Positions 53,901-64,000 of a DNA stretch of 64,000 nt are shown piece after piece. The DNA lies in contig CM097885.1 in NCBI GenBank assembly GCA_044892525.1, positions 20,772,001 through 20,836,000 of the forward strand, given 5' to 3'. A program made the position numbers and the translations under genes. The notes below the pieces were generated by a model. The model ran no database searches. It was not told the origin of the DNA and saw only the letters and a program-made list of their open reading frames with translations. The stretch comes from Schmidtea polychroa (lineage: Eukaryota). Every line of letters starts with the position of its first letter. Position 1 is the stretch's first letter.

Positions 53901-55954
53901 AGAAAAATGAAAATTTAAAATATATTAATTTAATTTAAATTAAAGTATTGATGGCATATTTAGATATACTACATTATAAAAATATGAAGTTAGACTAACT
54001 AATAAAACTCACAATTATACCCACAAGTTGTCGTTATATTCTTTACCAAGTAAAACAAACTAATATTACTCAACCAACTTTCAAGGGTTATTGAAAAAAA
54101 ACTGCTATCAGAGCACAGTAACTAAGGACCTCAATAATATAGAAAAACTAACCAATAATAAATATGTGTGTCATTAACAAAATTGACAATCAATTGATAT
54201 CATTTGATATTAAATATGGATCTATAATATAGAATGCTAGAAAATTGAAATGTGAGAATAAATATGAATTCATACACACAAGCACCATGCACAAAATTTC
54301 TAAAATAAAAAAACATACAGTTGGACAATAAATAAAGAATCTCGACAAAATATATTTATAAAGTAAGTAAATCTGTAGAAGTTATTTAATGATTAATATG
54401 TGATTCTGTTCTAATTTTAATTATATCGTTTTGATTCATAAAATGGCAACAAAATTTATGAAGAATTTAAAAGTGAATGTACTGAGAACTAGACATTTAT
54501 ATTATATTAAATGGGACTTTCAGCATGTTTGATTTGTAATGACAAGTTGTTTAATAATAAAAAAATGAGTATTAAACGCCATTTTTTACAAAAAACACGA
54601 TTTATTCATGAAAACGTATCCAGCTGGAGACGAAAGAAAGAAAGCTGTAAGCAACTATGAAGAATCATCCAACAATCAACATTTTTGTGTAGTAGTTGGA
54701 ATCAGTCTTTTAGTAATATAACTGCAGCAGTTGTTTTGATGTTTCTGAAAAGATTGATAAGAAAGGAAAATCATTTAAAAATGTTGAATATACACAAAAA
54801 ATGCATTTTAGCTATGGACATCTCTTCAGAGACTTTAAAAATAAAAATGAAATATTTAAAGAAATTATGGACACTAAGCAATATTATATAAATATTATAT
54901 ATTATATTATATTTTTTATTTTTTTATATTAAATTTATTTATATTTATATTTTGAATTATTTGGCCTCTTGTTTCATTTAGTTAATGAAATGTGAATTAT
55001 TATTTCTTTAATAATTAATTTCATAAACAATTTTTATTCAAATTATAGCAATATAACAGTAAAAAAGAAGACGTAGATAATTAGGTTTATTAAATAGTAA
55101 AAAATGGAAATCTTCATTGGATCTTAAAGTAACCCAGTTTTATTTTCTATTAATTCGAGTTAAGATATTAAATTTATAATAAAAATAATGAAATTTTATA
55201 TCTGATTCTATATCTGAACATATTTAATGTAATTAAAAACTAAGAAACTAATAAAATAATTAATTAGAAAAATGTAATAAATAAATTAATAAATAAATGA
55301 AAAATAAATAATGAAATCTAATGAATAAAATTAAATGATATAAGTAATTAAAACTAAATGTTAATTAAATAAAAATTGAAAATAATTTTTAAACAAATGA
55401 TTCATTTAACATATATTTTATGACCTTGACATATTTTTAATGATATTGTGATGTCTTTAAAAGGCTATTGATATCAGAATTCGCTGGAGTCCTGATAACA
55501 TACTATTAATTTTATTTTCCTAATTATATCATTGAATTGAACCAAACAAATAATTTTCTTTTAACATTAATTTTAAAAAATATGATATTTTGAGTTCATA
55601 ATTTTGGAGATGCAAATAAAATACGTAACAGTTTAAATCGTGAAATTGAATTAGAAACTATTTTGGTTGAAAATAAAAAGAAATACACAAAATTTTTATC
55701 TTCTAATTTATTTATATTTTGCAAAAAAATTTATGTAATTTCCAAAACTGAACAATTCATTAATTAGTAATAATCGATAATTGGGAAAATTTCATTTTTC
55801 ATATTTTCTTCTCTCAGGTTATTTTTGAATAAATATCTTTCAGTCTATAATCATAATATTTTAGTTTAAATTTTTGAAAATTTTGTTTAAATCTGTTATT
55901 AATATCAAAAGATTTGACACTCGATTTAAATAAACATTATAAATATTTATATTC

Positions 55955-56154
<200 letters not shown>

Positions 56155-57198
56155 GAAGTTGTCTTGATAGAGAATTAGACTTATTTACAAAATAACTTCA
56201 GATTTCGAAATATGTTAATATGGTCATATCTTATCATTTGAAATTATATAATACTTCAAATAATTATTATAATAAATAATAATTACAATCATTTACTAAG
56301 AAATATATGATACATAATTAATATAATTTTAAAGTAATTCTAAAAATATATTCTCAATCTTTTAATGAGACGATATTGAAATATTTTCTGATCCGTTGGA
56401 TAAAATGATCATTTCATGATCATATTCCAATAAAATATAAATTTATTTCAGAAATATAATCGACTTTCTTTCGAGTTTTAGAAGAAAGGAAATAAATAAT
56501 GAAATTCAGTAATTTTATTGACACAAGGCCATTTGAAAATCATTTACAAACAGTTTTTTCATTTTTAAATTCCAGTAAAATTAAATTTAACATAAATATT
56601 AAAATTTTATTATTATTCATAATACCTACAAAATTATTATTATTATTATTATTAGGTAGTTAGGAGCCTACGGCAGCAATGACCCCCGGGGGGGGGTCTA
56701 CTGCCGTAATATTTTTCTGCTTTTTGATTACGCAATTGCTGCCGTACGCTATACATATTTTTTTCAATACAAAAATGAGTAGTGAGGAATCTATGCACCC
56801 CAGCACCCCCACCCTAAAAAAAACAGCGCTATTGACCCATATTTTCTACATTTATATGCTTTTTTACCCCATATTCTTCACTTTTTTTAACTTTTAAACT
56901 TTGTCCCCTATTGCCATTAACCCTTAATTTCTTCCCTTAAAAGTAAAAAAGTTCGGAATAGATGTATTTATAGATTAGTAATTCCGAGAAAAGGTAACGG
57001 GGTGCATAGATTCCTCACTACTTGGTCTTAAGGATTTAATGTTATAAGGATTTAATGTTATAAGAATTTAATGTTATAAGAATATCAGATTACCTAATTC
57101 ATAATGATCTAGGTCGCCTGATCACTTTTAGATTTAAAAAAAATAAAAATTAATATCAAAACCAAAACATCGTATCCAACCAAAAAATTCTTTTAAAA

Positions 57199-60100
57199 AT
57201 GGAAGCTATTTTCAATTGTGAAATTTGTGAAAAAATTTTAAAAATAAAACTGCTTTAACATCTCATAAAAAATCAAAAGACCATTTAATAAAAGCTAACA
57301 CACTAGATGACACTAATTCCAAAATCTGTTCTAAATGTAAGGATAGATATTTATTTTCAGGTTATAAGAAGCATTTTAAAAATTGTATTGGAGTTCCTAA
57401 AAACAGAGAAATATTCGAATGTTCAGCATGTGGAAAAAAGATGAAGATAAAATCTTTTTACTTAAGACACATAGAAGATTGTGGTCTTGAAGCAAAAGAT
57501 TCTGATTCAAACTCAATGACTGAAAAAGCTGAAAAACTAGAGTTTAATTGGGACAACTTCAATCACACCGATGTAATTGTAGAAGTAAAACGAGGACCCA
57601 GATCAATCATGCAATATATAAGAGAAAATAAAAAAAAAATAATATCATCAATGGATGATGCTATAAAAAAATTTGGTAGATCAAGATTTAATGTTATAAA
57701 AGTTAAATTTACAGGAAATGCAAAATACTGGAGAGGAGATGATTCAATCGCAATGCCTCTAGATGTAAAAATTGAAACCTCATATAAATATTTATTTTCT
57801 ACAAAAGCAGGAAATAAACTTGTTAATGATATAGCTAAAGAATTGGAAGAAAAACAAGAACAGGTGGAACAAGAACTAGGAGAATCTAATTTAAGATTCC
57901 ACTCTTTTCAAAATATAGAGATTGAATACTGGAGAGGCGCACCACCAAATCCTAAATCTTTTATTCACACACCATTCACCTCCAACCATGTTATAAATGT
58001 ACAGAATAAAGATAATAAATGTTTTCAATGGTCAATACTTGCACACTTACATCCTCAAGCAACTAACCCACAGAGAGTTCAAAAATATGAAGAATATGAA
58101 TCTGAATTAATTTATCCAAAAGATTTTTCCCACCCAATGAAAATTGAAGATGTTCCAGCATTTGAAAAATTAAATAATCTTAAAATTAATATTTATCAAT
58201 TCATTCCAACCAAAATTACAAAAACTAGAAAAAATAAAAATTATAAACACATTATTCCTATTTACATTTCTAACATGGAAATCTCAGATGAAAAGAGAGA
58301 AGTAGATCTTTTAATATTAGAAGAAGGTAAACCAGATGAAGACTTTGATGGAGAAGAATATGGTGAAGAGGTTCAAAGCGTTCACCCGAGGAGAGAAGCA
58401 GAAGAAGGCATTTCATTAGAACCAGAAGCAGAAAGCACTGCGTCCGGAGGCACTATGTTAGATAAAAAACTTCATTATATCTTAATAAAGAATTTTCAAA
58501 GTTTTATGAAAGGAAACACACTCATTCGTGGAGGCATATGTTGTAAAAGATGTTTATATCATTCAAGTTCAAAACTTGCTGCTATTAAACATGAGAGACT
58601 CTGTTGTAAGAATCAACCTGCTTTAATAAAAATGCCACACAAGAAAAATGCTAATATGAGGTTTAAAAACTATTCCAATCTATTAGAAGCATTGGGAGTG
58701 GTTTATTGTGATTTTGAAGCTATAAATGTAAAACTAAGACGAACAAAAACTAATACTGTAAAACTAACAAAACAATTACCCTCTGCTTATAAAATGTTTT
58801 TTAAAAGTAATTATCCAGAACTTGTAGAATCTAGAGAATATTCATTTAGAGGAACTTCTGACAAAGAGACTCTAGATCATTTTGTTAAAACTTTAAATAA
58901 TCTAGAACATGAATTATATATAATATTAAAATCCAACTTTCCTATGAATTTTTCAGAAGAACAAGAGGAAGAATATAAAAATGCAACACACTGCTGGATG
59001 TGTAAACAAGAGTTTGATATTCAGGAGGAGGAGGATGAGGAGCCAAAGGTTGCAGACCATGATCATTTTAAAAGAGAAAATAATTACAGAGGAGCAGCCC
59101 ATAAAAAATGTAATCTCAATTGTAAAAAACCAACACACATACCATTTATATTTCACAATCTTTTTGGCTATGATATTCACCTATTCATTAAGCATCTGGC
59201 CGCAAATGCTAAAAACTCTTTCAAGGTTATTGGACTTACAAAAGAAAAATATAAAAGCATTCAATATGGATGCTTTAAGTTTTTGGACTCGTTAAATTTC
59301 TTAGGGATGTCTTTGGATGGGATTGCTAAAACTATGAACCCTGAGGATTTTAAATATACAAAAGAACATGTGTTATTAAAAAACAATATTCCATTAGAGG
59401 AATATAATACCTGTCTAGCAAAAGGAATCTATCCATATGATTATATAGACTCCTTTGAAAAATATAATGAATTACTCCCACCCCAAGAAGATTTCTTTTC
59501 TGTTTTAACACAATCAGGGATTTCTGATCAGGAATATTCCCGTGCAGTTAAAATGTGGAATCTATTCAACTGTAGAAACCTTGGAGAATATACTGACATG
59601 TATCTTTCCTTGGATGTTTATATCTTAGCTGATTGCTTCGAGACATTTTCAAAAGCTTTTGAATTAAAACCTTATAATTATATAACCGCTCCCTCTCTAG
59701 CTTGGGATATATTATTATATACCATATGGACTGATGAAGATGTAGCAGTAAGAAATAAAACTATTGAATTATTAGTTGAGCTTGATATGTTTAATGTATA
59801 TAAACATAATATTAGAGGAGGTATTTCTTCAGTACAAGGGAATAGAGAAATAAATGCTAATAATTTTACAACTCTTTATCCTAAATTTTTCAAAGATCCT
59901 GATGCTCTATATGTAGAAATAACAAACCCAGAAGATCGTAAGGAAATAATGGAAGGTCTTTCTAATCCTTCTGAAATAATGTATATAGATGCAACAGCTT
60001 TATATGCGGGAGTAATGACTCAATACCTTCCAATTGGCAAGTTCACCTGGAAAGAACCCACTGAGGAATTAATACAAGAAATTCTAAAAACACCAAAAGA

Positions 60101-61592
60101 TTCTCAATTTGGATATGTTGTAGAATGTGATCTTGAATATCCCAATGAAATAAAATCCAGAACTAGATATTTTCCATTTGCTCCTGTAAGAAGAAAGATC
60201 TCTCCTGAAGAACTATCAGATTGGCAGATTGCTCAGAATAGAACACCATGTATAAAACTTTTATGTGATCAAACAGATAAAACTGATTATCTTTGTCATT
60301 ATAGACTCCTCCAGTTTTATCTCTCACATGGAATGGTTTTTAAAAAAGTACATTCTATAATTAAATTCCGACAAGCTCCTTTTATGAAAAAATTCATCGA
60401 GGGAAATATCTTAAAAAGAAATGCAGCAAAGAGAGCTGGAAATGCTTTTCTTGATATGATTTATAAACTTTTAAACAATGCAGTCTTTGGAAAGACAATG
60501 GAGAATATTGATAAATATACTCGTGTAGAGCTCTTAACCAATACAACAAAAGATCTTAATAAATATAATCGAATAATTGGAAAGCCTACATTTAAAAATG
60601 CAGAGATATTCTCTAGTAACCTTATAGCTATAGAGATTAAAAACTCTGTAAAAACTTATAATAAACCAATCTTTATAGGTTTTTCAATTTTAGAACTTTC
60701 AAAGCTTCAAATGTATGAGACCTACTATGATGTTCTAGTACCCCATTTTGGAGATCGAATATCCATGCATGCTATGGACACTGATAGTATGTTTTTAAAA
60801 GGTCATAGTAAAGATTTAAAAAAGGAAATAAGTGAAAACGAAACCTTAAATAAATTAATAAACAACTCTGGAGAATTATTTACTTTTAAAGATGAAAAAC
60901 CAAATACTCCAATAAGTGGAGGAGTGTTTATTAGACCTAAACAATATTCTCTTGAAATGAAAGACAAACCAATTATGAAAGAGCATACAATAAAATTTAT
61001 AATAGGGGAGGGAGAAGGATCTGTTGAAATAGATCACACATTTGAATATCCTTCATTCCCTGAAAACCCGAAAAGCTATAAAGAAAATAAAAGTAAAGGA
61101 ATTCAAAAATCAGTGTCAAAAACCTTCACACATCAAGAGTATAAAGATTCATTAAATATAAATTATAAAAATAAAATTGCTAAAACCCATCATCTTAAAT
61201 CAGAGAAACATAATATATATCTTGAAGAGTGTAACAAGATTGCTATAACAAATTATGATGATAAAAGATTTATACTTTCTGACTTGAAGACAACATTACC
61301 TATTGGAAATGATTTAATCCCTATAATAAAAAATCTTGATAAAATAAATGAAATTTATAACCTAGAGATTACAGACCTTCAACTTGCTAAAGTAGAAATC
61401 CAATATCCTGAAATATTAATTCCTAAACCTTTATATAATCAAGTTCAAAATATAAAACCTATAGAACTTAAATATTTTAATACTGATCCTGAATATATCC
61501 AAGGACTAACACCAGAAGACTTTAAATCACATAAATTAATGTTAAAAAGCATTACTGCAGAAATAATTATAAATCAATTACGACTGGTCTAA
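57199..61592 (+). CDS. pPolB with N-terminal zinc fingers, vOTU-like protease region and EndoVII-like insert; 1-nt frameshift near 57237
   Basis: FNCEICEK/FKNKTALTSHKKSKDH, CSKC..H...C, CSAC..H...C; NKDNKCFQWSIL..HYILIKNF; YCDFEA, YIDATALY, KLLNNAVFGK, MDTDS. Confidence 0.93.
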
Positions 61593-61616
61593 GAATTAGA
61601 ATTTTAACACTATAAA

Positions 61617-62171
61617 ATGATGGAAACTAAAAATCAAGAAAATAACATTTTTGAAATTATAAAAAATATTACTAATTTAAAGGATAACAGATGTAAAGGA
61701 ATACAGAGAGTGGTTGCAAAGAATCTTTCTCATCAAGATTATATAGATACATTGAATCCAAATCATAAAGATAAAATTGATGAAATACATCAACTTAAAA
61801 GTGAAAACCATGATATTCACTTGATAGAATCTCAAAAAATATCATTATCAAATTATGATGATAAGAGATTCATACTAAGTGATTTAAAGACAACTCTACC
61901 TATTGGAAATAATTTAATCCCTATAATAAAAAATCTAGAAAAGTTGAATAAGTTATATGATACAAAGATTACTGATCTTGATATTTATAATGTTGAAATT
62001 ATTTATCCCGAGAGAGAAATCGAGAAACCTTTATATTCTCAAGTTTTTAATCCTATATGTTTAGAACTTAAATATTTTAATACTGATCCTGAATATATAA
62101 AAGGTCTAAGTGATAAAGAATTTAAAGATCATAAATTAATGATTCATAGGTTGGCTTTCAACCATAACTGA
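61617..62171 (+). CDS. Stand-alone paralog of the pPolB C-terminal (thumb plus tail) region
   Basis: Colinear with the last ~165 aa of the upstream polymerase (KGIQ...NYDDKRFILSDLKTTLPIGN.LIPIIKNL...ELKYFNTDPEYI.GL). Confidence 0.85.
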   Translation: MMETKNQENNIFEIIKNITNLKDNRCKGIQRVVAKNLSHQDYIDTLNPNHKDKIDEIHQLKSENHDIHLIESQKISLSNYDDKRFILSDLKTTLPIGNNLIPIIKNLEKLNKLYDTKITDLDIYNVEIIYPEREIEKPLYSQVFNPICLELKYFNTDPEYIKGLSDKEFKDHKLMIHRLAFNHN

Positions 62172-62265
62172 AACCAACGATATTTAATTTTTTAATAATA
62201 AAATGTCGACAATTAATTTAAGCAACTATAGCAACCTGATCTACTTTTTTAAAAATACACCCATT

Positions 62266-62862
62266 TTATAAGTAAGAATTCTTTAACCATTTTTCTCGAG
62301 ATGTTTTTTTATTACTTATAACATTAGCCACCATGCCCTCCCTTTTTAATGTTATAACCTCATTCTTTATATCTTGTATTATTTGATTTGATTTCATTAT
62401 TTCTTCGTCTGTCAGGATTCCATCTTCCAAAGCTTTTAATTGAAATAAAAATAATTTAGAGATTCCTAATTCTATTGATAAACAAACTTCTCTATATAAA
62501 CTTTTCTTTTTAGAAGTATAAGATAATGAAACTATTTCAGTTAAGAAACCATCAGCCACAGAAATACTTCCAAGTATTACAGGTGCAAGAGTAACAACTG
62601 GTAAAGTTATGGGTAAAATAACTGTTAATATTGCAGATGCAAATCCTAAAGAATAACCTATAACTTTTAAAACTGTATTCCCTTTATTCCATCTATTTTT
62701 AATTTTTTTATAATGCTTTAATAAATCTTGTAAATGTAAGGTTTCTGATTTAAATTCTTTTACTCTCATAATTTCAAGTTCTGTGGGAGCCGAGGCCTTG
62801 GAAGAATAATATCCTGATGATCTCAATTCTGGGTAAATTTTTTCTTCTCTTACTTCTTCCAT
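62266..62862 (-). CDS. Polinton accessory protein with a two-helix hydrophobic hairpin
   Basis: Hydrophobic VIGYSLGFASAILTVILPITLPVVTLAPVILG followed by KKK...KALEDGILTDEE. Confidence 0.75.
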   Translation of the reverse strand: MEEVREEKIYPELRSSGYYSSKASAPTELEIMRVKEFKSETLHLQDLLKHYKKIKNRWNKGNTVLKVIGYSLGFASAILTVILPITLPVVTLAPVILGSISVADGFLTEIVSLSYTSKKKSLYREVCLSIELGISKLFLFQLKALEDGILTDEEIMKSNQIIQDIKNEVITLKREGMVANVISNKKTSREKWLKNSYL

Positions 62863-62870
62863 TTTAATAA

Positions 62871-63881
62871 TTAAAAAAATAAGACTTTATTCTTCTGAGC
62901 ACCATCTGGTACCAATACTCGGATATCAAAAGAAACTCTTGTTGAGAGGATGTCTTTATACAATTCTCTCAATGCTTTACGAACTTCATCAACATCAACC
63001 TTTTTTTCATAAAATATTAAATCTATATATTGTACAAGTGAACTAGAAAAATGAATATTCTTACTTTTAACTTTATGTAGTCCATGTGAATGAGTATTAA
63101 CATACCAATCTCCGTGTGGTAAATCATAACTAGTCATTATAACATCACCCTTTTCAAGCTTACTATTATAATCACATTTCACAAACCATTTCATTCTTTC
63201 ATTATCATCATCAAACAAAAAGAAATAAGGATCAATAATTTTTACAACCATAAAAACACCCCATTCTTTACTGTTTGTTGTTATTAAACTTGGTTCTATA
63301 AAATGTTTATATGTATGGGGTAATAATGTTTTATTCTGTTCTAATTCAGCAGCTCTTTTTCTAATACTATGTGTGGTGTTAATGTGTGTTCCATGAGACT
63401 CTAAATTTGAAATTCTTTTATTAAATGATGTAATCATCTCATTTATTATATTATATATTGCATTAAATTTAGTATTCATAATTTGTTTATCTTTAGAATT
63501 TAATATAGCAGTATTTAACTTTACAACTTGTTCAGTTAACAGACTTTGTAACTTGTCAAATTTATCATTAAATCGTTGTTCGATATTATTAAGCTTTGAT
63601 TCCATTGAATCAATTTTTGTTGTTAATGAACTTTCAATTCTTGTTGTTGTTAAATCAGTATATTTTTTAACACCATCTACATATTTCTTATTAACTGCAT
63701 CAGCTTCATCAGTTGGAAAAGATAATTCTTTTATCTTGTGTCCATTTAAAATTAAATCACCCTTCATTGAATCACCTCTTTCATTAATATATTTATTTTC
63801 TGTTAAAGTTAATATTTCTTCTGTATTAAACCCTGTTTTTATTGTTCCACCACCTCTATTACATGGAATATAAGAACTCAT
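62871..63881 (-). CDS. Fibre/spike-like protein (neck-like motif, coiled coil, C-terminal head)
   Basis: GDSMKGDLILNGHKIKELSFPTDEADAVNKKYVD, then long heptad repeats and an RKR^AA site. Confidence 0.7.
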   Translation of the reverse strand: MSSYIPCNRGGGTIKTGFNTEEILTLTENKYINERGDSMKGDLILNGHKIKELSFPTDEADAVNKKYVDGVKKYTDLTTTRIESSLTTKIDSMESKLNNIEQRFNDKFDKLQSLLTEQVVKLNTAILNSKDKQIMNTKFNAIYNIINEMITSFNKRISNLESHGTHINTTHSIRKRAAELEQNKTLLPHTYKHFIEPSLITTNSKEWGVFMVVKIIDPYFFLFDDDNERMKWFVKCDYNSKLEKGDVIMTSYDLPHGDWYVNTHSHGLHKVKSKNIHFSSSLVQYIDLIFYEKKVDVDEVRKALRELYKDILSTRVSFDIRVLVPDGAQKNKVLFF

Positions 63882-63905
63882 TTATTAATAATTTAAAATG
63901 AATCT

Positions 63906-63998
63906 TCAAACCTGTTTCAAATGTAAATACATTGAAATCTCTTCTCCATTAAAATCAATCAATTCTCCTTCTTGATTAAGAATTTTAAAATTAATATC
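63906..63998 (-). CDS. C-terminal end of the minor capsid protein of Polinton 2 (partial)
   Basis: DINFKILNQEGELIDFNGEEISMYLHLKQV* matches the penton C-terminal pattern also seen in element 1. Confidence 0.8.
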   Translation of the reverse strand, partial: DINFKILNQEGELIDFNGEEISMYLHLKQV

Positions 63999-64000
63999 CA

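Larger units (their letters stand above)
56654..64000. mobile_element. Second Polinton/Maverick, left part only (runs off the window)
   Basis: Abrupt GC-rich start AGGTAGTTAGGAG after (ATT)n; pPolB, 2-TM protein, fibre-like protein and minor capsid C-terminus; exact terminus not confirmable without the right TIR. Confidence 0.9.

Overview
Very AT-rich eukaryotic (animal-like) genomic DNA with no intact host gene I can support. It is dominated by (AAT)n/(TA)n microsatellites and decayed transposons: Penelope GIY-YIG remnants with minimal hammerhead ribozymes, pogo, IS630/Tc1, a mariner derivative, a hAT MITE, a Helitron-like element, plus an actin pseudogene. There are two Polinton/Maverick (adintovirus-like) endogenous viruses. 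Element 1 (8164-24395) is complete, with ~1.1 kb TIRs, a 5/6-matching 6-bp TSD and the core genes pPolB, protease, major and minor capsid, integrase and ATPase. It also carries an unusual accessory set: a stripped-down TATA-binding-protein homolog, a Bcl-2-like protein, an intron-split acidic protein with several SUMO-interacting-like motifs, a secreted coiled-coil protein, six predicted short introns and AP-1/nuclear-receptor site arrays in its TIRs. Element 2 (~56654 to beyond the window end) is a different lineage with a zinc-finger-led pPolB, a free-standing duplicate of the polymerase C-terminus, a 2-TM protein, a fibre-like protein and the end of a minor capsid gene. All calls are by eye; no database searches were run.
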